Source: Mobula hypostoma (Eukaryota). From it: a DNA stretch of 64,000 nt. Below are positions 51,061-64,000 of this stretch, in pieces; positions within the stretch are counted from its first letter, which is position 1, and the number at the start of each line of letters is the position of its first letter. The notes under the pieces were generated by a model, which was not told the DNA's origin, did not search any database, and saw only the letters and a program-made list of their open reading frames with translations. The position numbers and the translations under genes were made by a program. The stretch is from contig NC_086109.1 in assembly GCF_963921235.1 (NCBI RefSeq), positions 38,008,001 to 38,072,000 on the forward strand, read 5' to 3'.

Positions 51061-52350
51061 TAAATAGATGAGGATCATGAACTTGGATCAATTGCCTTGA
51101 GAGGTTAACATTAAATTCTGTAAAATATGGAATAGTTCCTGCAGATTGGAGGGTGATAGATACATCTCCACTGCTTCCACTGCTTTAAAAAGGAGGGAGA
51201 GATAAAACAAAGAGTTCAGGATAATTAGTTGAACATCAGTAATAGGAAAATGCTAGATTTTATTATAAAGATTGTAATTAGAAGATAATAACTGATTTAG
51301 ACAAAGTGAGCATGGATTTATGAGGGGAAAATTATGTTTTTGACCAACCTGTTGGAGATTTTTGTGTATATAACTGGCGGAGTAGATAAGGAACATCCAG
51401 TGAATGGGATAACTTTGGATTTTTAGAAGGTGCTTGATAAATCCTGCAGTGGGCATTAACATGCGAAATTAAAGCAGATGGGAATTAAGGCAATAATATA
51501 TTTTTATGAACTGAAAATTAGTTTATTGATAAGAGTGTAGGCTTGAATGAGGCTCTTTTGGGGTTGCAGGTGATAATTCGTGGGGTATAGCAAGCAGCAG
51601 TGCTAGAGTCCTTATAATTCAAAATATGTATCAATTACTTAGATGTGAAATCGGTCAGTAACAAGTCTAAGTTTTGCAGCAGCAGAAAAGAGTGTAGGAT
51701 TTCAAGATGTGAGAAAAATACAACTAGATTTTGAAATAATTTAATTCCCATCGTAAAGCACTTTGAACTGCATTGTCTGTATGAAAAATGCTCTATAGAT
51801 AAATTGTTATTTCAAAATAACTGCGAAAATATATAGCAGATTCAGAATAATGAAGAGAAATATGAAGTTATCCACTTAGTTAAAACCGAAAGGTAGAATG
51901 CTATTGAAATGGCAGTTCTGACAAAGCGTCTTTGACCTGAATCCTTAATACTGATTCTGTTTGCACAGATGTTGCTTGACTTATTGAGTTTTTTCAGAAT
52001 TTTCTGCTTTTAATTTATATTATCTAAATGGTGATAGATTAGGAAATGTCGACGTACAAAGGGAACTGTGTAAACTTGTACATCAGCCACCGAAAACAAA
52101 TATGTAGGTGAAGCAAGCAGTCAAGAAGACAAATGATCCGTTTCCCTTCGTTGTGAAAAGTTTAGAATACAGGAGCAAGGATGTTTTAGAAGAATTATAG
52201 AGAGCCCACACCTGGAGTATTGTGTTTAGTTTTTGTCTTGTTGCCTTAAGAAACAATATCTTGAACACAGAGGAAGTACAACAAAGGTCTGCCAGACAGT
52301 TTCCTGGAATGGAGGGACTGTCAGATGAGGAAGGATTGGATTGATTGGAC
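51060..52350 (+). mobile_element. Old degenerate CR1 LINE
   Basis: Residual GATTGGAGGGTG, GGATTTTTAGAAGGTGCTTGATAA and CACCTGGAGTATTGTG motifs, collinear with other CR1 copies. Confidence 0.7.
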
Positions 52351-52899
52351 CATTAGTATCAAATGTCTCTGAATTATCTATTAAAATAGATTTTAAATGA
52401 TCAAACAATATTAATACTTACTTAAAATAATTTAACTGACTGCTGACCCCCACAAAGTTGCCAGCTAACAGTGATAAGTGTCAAAGAAGGCTATGAGCTG
52501 GGTCTTTATGTGATGCACAATCCAATAAGTTCCAAACTTAAATAACATCTTCCTTATGAACTCCGCTGGGTATTGAGATGTACAACATCCATTGGTTACT
52601 CTCCTGCATCTTGTTAATCATGACTGGAAATCCACATTTAAACAACTGATCACCAAACATTACCCTGTCCATAATAATAGATTCTAGCATTGTTTTTTCA
52701 ACCACTCATGTCAGACAGACTGAAGTAAAGTTTCCTGCTATCTTTGTCTCTTTTTCAAAATTTTACATTAACCTAGCCACTGTCCAATCCAACTGTCCAG
52801 CCCAAACACATAACTTCAAGCTGTAACCGGAACAAAAAATAAATGAAATTCAGAGACAAGAAACATACTTACTTTCTGTTCCATCAGTCTCTTCACAAA

Positions 52900-55430
52900 T
52901 TTCAAAATTCAAAATAAGTTTATTATCAATGTGCAGTATTCCATATACAACCTAGAGATTTCTCTCCTTGCAGATGGCCACATAACAAAGAAACACATCA
53001 AATCCATGAAAATCCACATACCACAAGGACCGACAAATATCTAATACGTGTAAAAAGATCAAAGCGTGTAATCAATACAAAGTAAACAAATAATACACAG
53101 GTGATAAATTGCAGAGTCCTTGAAAGTGAGCCCACAGCTACAGAGTGAGTGCAGTGCTGAGGCGAGTAAAGCTGGTCCAGGAGCTCAATGGCCGCAGCCA
53201 CAGCTGAGGAGTCTGTTCGGGTGCTTAGGTGAGTGGAGCCAGTCCAGGAGACTGATAACTACAGGGCTACAACTACTCTCAAAACTGGTGGCATGGACAC
53301 AAGACTCCTGCACTACCTGCCCAATGGTAGCAATGAGAAGAGAGGGAGACGAGTCAGACCCAGGCAGACAGGACGGGCTGGTTTGCACAATTTTCCACAC
53401 TGCACAGTTTGGTTTCCACAATTTTTAATATGTTCTATGTATCTTTAGTTGTGATGAAAGATAAACACTGTATATATATTTCTCCCTGCTATTATTCATC
53501 TTCCATACTGGCAGTGTGTAATCTGCAAAATGTGTTTCTATAACGCAGAGATCAAACAACGTAAAAGACAAAGGTGCCAAAGGTTTGGGAACACAGTCAG
53601 GTTTATTATCACTCAGCTGCAGTGTTTCGTGGCACGTGTTTTCTGGCAGCAGTACAGTGCATGTTGTAAACGAGCTATAAGTTACAATAAAATAAACTTT
53701 GCAAAAGAGGAATAGTGAGGTAGTGTTCATGAGTTCATGCTCCATTCAGATATCTGATGATGGAGGGGAAGAAGCTCTTCTTAAAGCATTGAGTGTGCAC
53801 CTTTAGGATTTTGTATTTCCTCTTTGATGTTAAAAATGGAAGAGGGCATGTGGACGTGTCCTGGATGGTGAGGGTCCTTAATAGTGGCTGCAGCCTTGTT
53901 GAGGCATCACCTTCCGAGGATGTCTTCAGTTGTGCCTGTGATAGAACTGGCTGCGTCTACAGCCCCTTTCGATCTTGTGCATTGGAGCCTCCATGTCAGG
54001 CTGTGATGCAACCTGTCAGAATGCTCTCCATGGTACATCTGTACTAAATCTCCACACAATCCTAATGAAATAGAGCCACTGGTGTGATTGCATCAATATT
54101 TTGGGCCTAGGAACTTAAAGCTGCTCACCCTTTCCACTGCTGACCCTTCGATGAGGACTAGTGTGTGTTCAACCAATTTCCCTTTCCCAAGGTCTACAAT
54201 AAGTTCCCTGGTCTTACTGATGTTGAGTGCAAGGTTGTTGTTGTTGTGACGCCACTCAACCAGCCAATCTACCTTGCTCCTGTGCACATCTTCATCGCCA
54301 TCTGCGATTCTGCCAGCAACAGCAGTGTCATCGGTGAATTTATAAATGGATTAGAGCTGTGCCTAGCTACACAGACATGAGTGGAGAGAAAGTAGAGCAG
54401 TGGGCTAAGCATGCATCTTCGAGGTATGCTTGTGTTGAATATCTGCAAGGAGTTACTGATCCACACAGATTGTGATTTCTCGATGAGGAAGTCAGAGATC
54501 TAGTGTTGGATCCAACTGTTGAATTCTTAGATTAGACTTTTTAACTTATTTTCTTTGCAGTTTAACAAATAATATCTGCATGTATTTTAAGTAGTTCTTA
54601 AAGTGCACATAACAGTTTAATACGCCTCCAGTGGCCATACAAAGTGTAATTCTGGAAAGCTCTGGAAGTTTTTCTTCTGCATTACTTGAAAAAGTGCTTT
54701 CTCATTGGTGAAATTGGACTGCATTATTTGAATGAGCACTTTCTTTCATCTACAGATGTGAATGGAATTTGTCTTATTCTCTGTAGTATAAAAAGAGTTA
54801 TTTTATGTTAGGTGCCATCTTTTTTCCTTTGTCTCTCTCTCAAAAAGTAGGCACCCCTATCTCTGTCTGCTTTGATTTCTCTTTGTTCTATCAACTCTTA
54901 ATAAAACAACAAGAAACAACAAGTTCTGTGCCTCTTTCCTGACTTCTAAAATAACCTTGGATTAAAACACCAGCATCCTACACTTGTTGCAGAGAGAGGT
55001 ACAGAAGCCCAGGTTTTGAAGCTTGTTGACTGAGATGATGATGATGTTGAGTACCGAACTGCAATCAATAAACGGCAACCTGACATAGGTATTTCTGTTC
55101 TCCTTGTGGTCAAAGACTGAATAAATAGCCAGTGAAATTGCATCCACTGTAGACCTGTTATAACAGTAGGCAAACTGCAATGGTTCCAGGTCCTTGCTCA
55201 GGCAGGAGTTAATTCTAGCCATGACTGACCCCTGAAAGCACTTCTTCACAGTAGAGGTGAGTGCCACTAGGTGATAGACATTGAGACACCTCACCCTGCT
55301 CTTCTTGGGCACCGGTATGATTGATGCCCTTTTGAAGCAGGTGGGAACCACCAACTGCAGCAGTGAGAGATTGAAGAAGTCCTTGAACATACAGGCCAGT
55401 TAATTGGCACAAGTTTTCAGTGTCCTGCCA
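52900..55430 (-). mobile_element. Cluster of Rex1/Babar-type LINE fragments (about 52900-53340, 53590-54500 and 54990-55430)
   Basis: FNLSLLQLVVPTCFKRASIIPVPKK..VALTS..QFAY..RSTVDAI; NNLALNISKTRELIVD..VERVSSFKFLG. Confidence 0.8.
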
Positions 55431-55715
55431 GGTTCAGTATCCTTCCAAAATATATAAAATCCTGGTTTGGAAATATTTTGCTGTTTGTTCAAGTTCATTG
55501 AATTAAAATGTTTGAACTTCCTATAAACAGTGTTGAAAGAAAATCCTCTTTCTGCACATTGACATAGTTCACGCACAGAAGTACCCTAAAGAATAGGGCC
55601 ACGAATAGGCCATCAGGTCCTTTAACCACTACTGATCTTTCTAATATTTATCTATTTCCTTCTTCAATATATCTAATAATCAAACCTCCTCCACTTTTGC
55701 AGACAGTGAATTGGA

Positions 55716-55803
55716 GAGCAACACACACAAAATGCTGGAGGAACTCAGCAGGCCAGGCAGCATCTATGGAAAAATGTACAGTTGACATTTTGGGCTGAGA
55801 CCA
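55716..55803 (-). mobile_element. Truncated PLE-derived cassette
   Basis: GCAACACACACAAAATGCTGGAGGAACTCAGCAGGCCAGGCAGCATC, the same tail as other copies. Another copy lies at about 61185-61295. Confidence 0.7.
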
Positions 55804-55849
55804 TTGTTTGTGAATAGGAGAGGTTTATCCTCTGAGATCAGAATTTTTT

Positions 55850-57310
55850 TATAATTCTCAGTTACAAGTGACACTTTAGTAGTAACATCTCAACATATAT
55901 CTTGTTAAAGCCTGCAAGGTCCTTATATGTTTTAAATACAGTCAAATATCTTAACTTTGAAGAATACATACTCAAAATGTTGAGGCTTTCTCACTAAGAA
56001 AATGTTTGCAGCCCAGGAATTACCCTAGAGGATCACCTTTGGAATGCTTCTAATGTTACAATATTCTTTTTGGGGTGAGAGTACCAAAATAGTGCACAGC
56101 ATTTTAGATGTGACTGTATCAACACCATGTACCTCTGCAACAACACATCTTAAACTCCAACCCCCTTCACAACATGCTGTTTCCCTTCTTAACTACTTGT
56201 TGGACTGGCTTGTTAACTTTTGGAGTTCATGTACTCGAACACCTGGATCCCACTCAACTTCATCCATTTCCACTCTCCCTACATTAAAATAATAATCTAC
56301 CTTACTATTTATTTATTTATTGAGATACAGCATGGAATAGGTTCTTCCAGCCCCTCAGGCTACCCTGTCCAGCAACTCCTGATTTAACCCTCACCCTATC
56401 ATGGGACAATTTACAATGACCAATTAACCTACCAACCAGTATTGTGGGAGGCAACCCACTTGGTCATAGGGAGAATGTACACATTCTTTATAGACATCAG
56501 TGGGAATTGAACCCAGGTCACTGGTATTGCAAAGCATTGTGCTACCGTGTGGGGTCACCCAATTACTTCTTATTTTTCACCCAATCACTCTAACCTATAT
56601 CCTGTTGCAAAATCACAATGTCCTTATCAAAATGTACCCTTCCATCTACTTTGTACAGTCTTATGCTAAGAGACATAGATATTCTGTTCCCTCCTCCTGA
56701 TCATTACTGTAAACAGTAAATTAATGAGGGCCTAGAACAGATCCCTCAGTGGTAACCCACTTGTCAATACGTGTCCAGTCTATAAAAGACTTTTATTTCA
56801 ACTCTTTGTTTTCTATGTGGCAGCTAGTTTTCAATCCATGCTAACATACTTCCTCTCATGTATTGGGCTCCTAATTTATACATCAACCTCTTCTGTGGCA
56901 CCTTGTCAAATGTCTTTTGGAAATCTAAATGCACTACATCTATCAACTCCTGTCACATCTGCAAAGAATTTGAGAAAATGAATCAAATATGATTTATGTG
57001 TCACAGAACTGTACTGGTTAGATTCGATTATATTTAACTTCTGTAAATTATCTTTTATTTCCTCTTTGATAATTGATTCTAGCATCTTGTTGACAATTGA
57101 TGTTAATCTATCTGGTCTATAGTTCTCTGCCTTCCATCTTACTTTTTGGACAGGAGGTCACATTAGCAATTATCCAACTTCTGGCACCTTCCTTGAATAT
57201 CGCAAGTCTTGAAAATTATCAGCTGATGATTCACTATCTTTATAGCCAAACGTTTTAAAACCTTTGGATGTAGACCATTGGGTTCTGGCAATTTGTCTAC
57301 CCTTAACCTA
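55850..57310 (-). mobile_element. Very old CR1-like remnants with an inserted SINE (about 56310-56530)
   Basis: GGCACCTTGTCAAATGTCTTTTGGAAATCTAAATGCACTAC is the reverse complement of a VHLDFQKTFDKVP-type motif. Confidence 0.6.
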
Positions 57311-59663
57311 TGAGTTTTTTGATATTTTATCTCTTTAATTGGGATTTTTACAAACTCTTCTCTGTTATTTGAAATAGCCCATCAAATGCTTCAGAAGTTA
57401 TTCTGTGCCCAAAATATCAAAGTCAATACAAAAAAAAAGTTCTGTGTACTGATCTCCATTTCCAGTATCCAACATTATTTTTTTCGGTGAAACTTAATAT
57501 TTCCTATGATTCTTCAGTTAGCAACCCTGTGGTGCCAATCTCCTTCCAGATTTAGAAAGAGGAGAGATTAATTACCTTTTGTCAGATCTTGATTTTAGTT
57601 TTGCGATGCATCTTTATCTTCTAATTATTTAGGTTAGTTCATGTGAGGCTGCCTACAGTCCAATTGAGAAACAAGATGTACTGGCATGAATCCTTACATC
57701 ATAATTTTAATGGACTATATTAATCCATTTATTTTTAACTGGTTAACATTTATGAGTGTGCTAGTGCTAATAATCAGACAAGCCAACTTTGGAGCAATTG
57801 GGAGTTTTAACATGAGTAGGAAAGGAATGTTGTATTAAATTCTATAAAGGGAATTGAGAGCTATAAGCACACCAGTGGCCCAAAATGTGACATGCAGATT
57901 GGCCCTTCATTTCTTTAGAAACATAACAATGGATAGGATTCAAAAATAACTTAGATATTGCTATTTGATGGAGCTATTACTTTTATCAGAATCTTGTTTT
58001 CTAAACTGATGATCCTGAATGTCCCAATCAGCCTGGTGGTGAATTTTTACACAGCTCAGTTCCAAATCTAATTTCATATTTACCCAATCCCGTTTCAAGA
58101 TTTTTAGGTTTTAGATGTTACTACCAGTTACTGTCCTGACCTGATTGGAATTCCAAAATATAAGCAGTTGTTAAAAGCAACAAGATGTACCTTGGAATCC
58201 TTTACTTACATACAGAAACTATTGTTCTTATTGCTCAGCAGTAAGTAGTTAGTTACATACCAAAAGTGAAGATCTCAGGTTGAAACTCCTGAATTTGTTG
58301 ATTACAACCAGAATAGTACAATTGCCTTCAAGTCTCCCCTGGGATGCAAAGGGGAAATCAACCAAGTTCCTCACTGCAAGTCATTACGGAGCAATATCTG
58401 TTGAATGTGCATGTTTGTGAATGTTGAGTGAGAGGAAAAAAAATCTGGCCTGTTGGGATACTCCCTCCAGTCAAATAGTTTACTGACACTCAGCACTTCT
58501 GATCACACTGATCAGAAGGCTCTGATATCGGAGGCTGTCTGGCACCGATGGAAAGCAATCTGGCAAGCAGGCAATGTCTTCAACAGAGTGGAAGGCAAGA
58601 AAATATTTGCAGAAAGAAGTATAGAAAGGAAAAAAAAACATAAAGAAGCAAACTACACGTTGATAAAGCTGTTGCAACCAAATGCATCTTGGAACATGAA
58701 AACATCAAATACGAACTCCAGTCATCACCCAACTTTACCACTGCATAATTCAAAATTACTTTTGTGATCTTAGGGTCATTGTAAACAACAAGCACAAAAG
58801 CAAGACCATACTAACCAATGTTGTATGAAAAATCTATTTCAGAGAAGCACTAAATGACACTGTGTTTAATTTTGGTCACAATTGTTACGTTGTAGCTGAG
58901 ATTCGTTATGCCATGATTTCTTTCAATTTTGAACAAGGTTTATATAATTAGGAAAATATAGCATTTCTGTTCTGGTTACGAATTGGATGAATTAAAAACT
59001 AGATGAATTCATCATGTTGTTGTTACAGTTCAAGCTGAGATTTTTTTGTTTTCAGGAAGTCCCTTGGGGTCAACCATGACCTGCTTCCACTCCAGTCCTG
59101 TTCGTTCTCAGACAGCTGGTCAGGTCAGCGTGAGGCCTATAGGCTCAGCTAGGGTTGGGCAACACATGTTTAACAGACATATGGGAGATAGAAAGCTACT
59201 TCTCCTCTTCATACTGAGCTTCTCTGAGCTCCCAACAAATTTACTTGAGGTTCTCAATACATCTAAACAGTAATCTACAAGATATGTGATTGACAAAAAG
59301 ATGAATTTTACATTGCCAGGCCATTTGAAGCACTGCCATGAGTGTATTCTTAATTAAACAAGGAAACCTAAATCTATTTGGGGACTAACAATAATTGGTT
59401 TCATTTCATTTTCGATGAGTTATTCCTTATTTTCCTTCAATTTTAGGAGAAAAACAACGTGCTGGCCTAAATTGCCAAGAAATCTACACAGGATTGCTGG
59501 ACTTTCTCAACATAATTTGCAGAATGTATTGAATGCAGAGATTCAACACATGAACCTCTGTTGAACTGCCTACTCTTTGGTGATTTTACAGCTGTGTTTT
59601 ACCAGAGAACTGTGTCTGGAATCCAGCAGAGGTGCTGCGACATGCTGATTGCCCTGCACTCAC

Positions 59664-59729
59664 CATGGAAAACGTGTTCTCAGATCCTGTGTCATTTTGA
59701 ATTTCAATTATTTGAATGGGAATACCAGA
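59664..59729 (-). CDS. Candidate 66-nt internal exon of an unidentified gene
   Basis: Acceptor TTGTTTC(T)nGTAG, open frame SGIPIQIIEIQNDTGSENTFSM, donor ATG|GTGAGT; non-repetitive context. No homology recognised. Confidence 0.3.
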
Positions 59730-59939
59730 CTACAAAAAAAAAGAAACAATCAGGTGAGTAATCACATTTTAAGTTATTGGTGTTTGATTTGATAATCTGT
59801 ACACATAAATGAAATGCAAAGCATGCACTAGTGCCTCACTTCCTTTGCATATCTAAGCCCTTCAATTTCTCACCATTTAAATGGTATCCTTCCTTTTTTT
59901 ATTATGATTCTTGCCAAAATGAACAGATTTCATTGACTT

Positions 59940-60005
59940 AAATATTAAAAGCTGTTATTAATATATTACCTTTCTCTAATATATTAATAACAGCTTTTAA
60001 TATTT
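59940..60005. repeat. Perfect 29-bp inverted repeat with 8-nt spacer
   Basis: AAATATTAAAAGCTGTTATTAATATATTA-CCTTTCTC-TAATATATTAATAACAGCTTTTAATATTT. Confidence 0.95.
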
Positions 60006-63000
60006 TCTCTATGTCAGATGCTAAGATAAGTGACCTGAACCATTCTGCTTTCTGTTTCAGTTCCTTTATGAATAAAGGAATAACAGTTGCTTTTTTCGAA
60101 TTTAGTGGAGTCTTTCCAAAATCACTGGAATTTTTGAAAATTAAAACCAGCACATGAACTATTTCACTAGTCACTTCTTTTAAGACTCCAGGACCTCTGG
60201 ACAAGTCAGTCTGCAGCCACTGATTTACAAGTTTGTAATTTTCTTGAATTCCCTCTAAATTCTAAGTTCAGCATTATTTCTAGTGTATTACCCTTATAGA
60301 GAAAAATGATGCAAAACGCTTCTTTAATTTATTGTCCAAATGATTTACATTTTTAAATTTATAAAGAAGTTAATAGCTATTAAATATTTTGATCGTAATG
60401 ATTTTTGAATGTTTTTAGACTGGGAAATTATTTCTGTATTACATCAAAAGTTTTGGAGTTTGGAGAAAAGTTTTAAGGGCGAGGTTTGCTCTGATCTAGT
60501 CATGACACCCGAACCACTTCACTTAAGGACCAACCACACTCAGGGGATTAATGCATGGCTCTATGACTGTTTCAGCTAACGAGATCAATCTTGAGTATAG
60601 AGAGTACATTAGTTCTAATGAGTAATGTATACGTTAGCATATGTATACAAATAGCTCCACACAAGAAAGACTCTGCTCCATTGCATAGGAGTATGTTATT
60701 CAATCCATTTGCCCTGATCCAATACTAATTTAGAACATAGCTGATCTGCAACACTAATCCAGAGAGCTGTTATAAAAGCAAAATACACAAACTGTTATAA
60801 AATATGTTTTCTTAACTAATAAAAAAACATATTATTCATGAAAGTTCCATTGTTGCTTGCTAAGCTCTCTCATGGAACAGGAATGCCAGTTATTTTTCTT
60901 TCCAGTCCAATGAGAATGAAGACCAAATATTTCACCACAAGCAAATCTCAGGCTGAACCAGGCAACTGAAGTTCTAATGCTACAGGTATCTATTTGGCTC
61001 GAGTTTCTTGGACAGGGTGTGTGCATATATTTCTTGTATGACTTGTACCCTCTGTCAAATTAATAAGAGCAGTCGTATCACTTTGTCTGTGCATGCCATA
61101 ATATGCAGAACAGATAGACTGCAGTGTCAGTTCTTATGTAATCCTGGTTGACACTAGCTCTGCAAATCTGAACAATGTAGCTTAAGCAACACACACAAAA
61201 TGCTTGAGGAAACCAGCAGGTCAGGCAGTATCTACAGAAATGAATAAGAATGAATAAACAGTCGACCTTTTGGGCCGAGACCATTCTTCAGGACATGTTT
61301 TTATTTGGATTGGAAAGCATGGCATGTAATATCAGAAACCCAGCTCCGCACCCCCCACCCACACCCATGCTAGTTCAAGGTTCTTCAATTAATAGCAGGT
61401 TTCTTATTGATCTCACATCCTTGTTCCAGCACGATTCAATTTAGCCCTCAGGATCTTTGTGCTTTTGTATGTTCTGTTCTACATAACACTTTTCATTTAT
61501 GCATTGCACCATGAGGAAAGCATTAATATTTCATTTTCTGTTTTATTAATCTCAGGGATTTGTTCTCATCTGTTTCCCAGTCATTTGGTTAGATCTCCTG
61601 CATTGTAAAGAAACGTTATTTGTGGTGCAAGTCATGAATAAATTATATCACTGAACACAATATACAATCTATATCTTTAATATGCGATATTATTTAAATA
61701 TAAATAACGTCATGAGTTTTGAACCTGCAGATGGACATGGGACATCATTCAGTATGAAAACAGGACATTTTTCTTTTGCATAATTTAATGGCAGGAATAT
61801 GTTTTCTTTCTCTTTCTGCTTTGGCAGCAATCAGGGAAAATGTTTACGTAATTTCAACATTTTAAAAACTGGAATTTTTCAAAATTCTTTGCAGTAGATT
61901 CTGCTTTGCTTTTGGGAGTTCAATGTCAGCTTGAAAACTTACCGACAATTTCAATACAGCATGTTGCTGTACATAATAATATTAAAGAAAATATTACATC
62001 AATCAACATAAAAAAAGGTAATTTGAAATGGCTAAGTGCAAGATTGGAAACATCTTCTTGGATATGACTGTTAATTTTGTTTATCAAACCATACATTGGA
62101 GATTTTTTATCTTAAAAATTTTGATGTCTTACTGATGACATAACTGTTGAACATTTTGATTAATTTTCAGCCAGGAATCCACTTAGAGATAAACAATAAA
62201 AAGGTTATACTGTTGCTACAAAGAGTTTGCTTCCTTCTTTGTGTAAATTCTATTTAATTATTGACAACTGGAAAATTATAACAACTTGTGAGGTCTTAAT
62301 ATGAATGTTTCATAGCAGAGACTTCACCTGTATTCTAAGCCAGTCATTATAGAGGAAGCTGCCTACTAAAACTTGACCTTGTTATGTACCAATATGTTAT
62401 TTATGTGTACAGATAGAATAGGGAAAAGGAAATAAATGAGATAGATATCAAATAGTCATTTTGTTAATTAATTTCCTTTGACAATGTCCATGCATTCAAT
62501 ATTCAGATCCATTTATACTTAGCTCTGGAATCCAGAACCAAGTTAAAAATTTGAAATGCCAGATTTTTTTATGTTGTAGCCTCACAGATTCACATTACTC
62601 CTGTGTTGATAGAATGGCTTGCTAAATAGCAGAAAGAAAAATAAAAGATTATAGCTATCGACATGTGTGGCTGGAGCATTTATTAGCAATACAAACAAGC
62701 CATGTGGAACCTCTTCTTCTGGTTCCACTTTTGCTGTCAACATGAAGAACTGTTGAGCAACATTGGTTGCTTGAAACAATTGGTGCACTTAACATTGAGC
62801 AGTGAACCTTAGCCTTACAGAAGGATGTTAGAATCAGCTGTTTGCATGATTCAAAGTACTTTCATAGATATTAGCTTTTTTATCTCACAATTAAAATGGA
62901 CTCCTCTTCGGAGATGCAATTAGCATATTATTTGCGTGTCTGCAAAAATATATTGATCTGTGTAAAAAAATGTATTGATTTCAAAGACACCAATTGTAGC

Positions 63001-63316
63001 CTTATCTTATAGTAAGTTTTTACAAATAAAATGGCGGAGGTGTTTTATGCTTCAGAAAAGCTGTGGCAACTCATTTATTGAACACCAAAAACTGAACAAA
63101 AAAGTATACCTCATTATGTCAGAACCACCTGTTAAAATGAACCCCAACCCAATGTCAGTGGTTGTGAATTCTGCCCATTTCCACCAATTACATTACCCTA
63201 CATTATTAACACACAAGGTTGACAGGGAAGATGAGGGGTCTTGTGTGCCAGCTGAACAGCCTGTATCTCTTAAGCAAATGCTATTCATTGAATCCAGCCA
63301 TTTCTGACCAACTACA

Positions 63317-63490
63317 CCAGTGGTCCCCAACCTCTGGGCCGTGGACCGATACATTGCTGCGAAGAATGCAGCGGTGCAGCGGTAGCTGGAACACACCTAG
63401 CACATCTTTAGGAAAAAAGCCGAAATAAACAAGCTAATTAATTAGGTGCCACCTGGCATGTAAATGTTGGCCCAGATCAGAGGCCACGTA
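63317..63490 (+). mobile_element. Possible hAT/MITE terminal fragment
   Basis: Starts CAGTGGTCCCCAACC, a hAT-like TIR; the partner TIR was not found. Confidence 0.35.
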
Positions 63491-64000
63491 AATGCTTTAG
63501 GTAATTTTCCAGTCAATTATGATTTTCAAGAGTTTGTTAGTAGAGTTGGTTAATGGTTAATTTGCTATTAACAAGAGCAAATGGTGGGAGTTCCACTTGG
63601 TGAAAATGGTTTCTGAATGGCTGATTAACAATCCGAGTCCAATAGGTGCCAACAGCCTACCTGCCAGTCCTCACAGCTCATTGGATAGGATTCTCTTCTA
63701 ATACTTTGGATTGTCCAGCAACAATGACACCCCTCTTCATCTGCTCCTTTCCCCCCTCCTCTCAGTCTGTCTCCAATTATTCCTGTTGCTCTTCTGCACC
63801 ATTTCCCTTGTTGCTGAGTGGTAGGACCATGCTGTGCTCTCCTGAAGGTAAGATGCTGAAAGATGCAAGAAGCCATTATTAAGGACCCTCACCATCCACA
63901 CACTGCACTCTTTTCATTACTATTATTGTACAGGAGCCTGGAGATCCACACTCAACATTCCTTCCCTCCACCATCACATTTCTGAATGGTCCATGAACCC

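Noticed and set aside
1..64000. CRISPR arrays, rRNA or tRNA genes, prokaryotic operons
   Set aside because: None seen. The recurring motif is dispersed rather than a repeat-spacer array, and the sequence is eukaryotic.

Overview
Vertebrate genomic DNA, probably from a cartilaginous fish (ray or shark-like; inferred from the repeat families). One host gene is clear: the first coding exon of an LGR4/5/6-family receptor, best matching LGR6, at 8163-8350 on the minus strand, in a CpG-enriched region. Bases 1-8162 are its intron 1. Most of the rest is nested retroelements: CR1 LINEs, Rex/Babar-type LINEs, RTE, an R4/Dong fragment, a solo LTR and many Penelope-like elements (PLEs). Three observations stand out. 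(i) About 15 dispersed PLE-type minimal hammerhead ribozyme cassettes, including ~100-bp units with their own target-site duplications (TSDs). (ii) Three TSD-bounded fold-back PLE insertions with the same asymmetric architecture. (iii) An unclassified 776-bp TG...CA insertion (30307-31082) whose diverged inverted arms both translate to a similar Cys-rich motif. Possible micro-exons of a second minus-strand gene lie at 59.6-62.6 kb (low confidence). All calls were made by eye, without database searches; repeat boundaries lacking a TSD are approximate.
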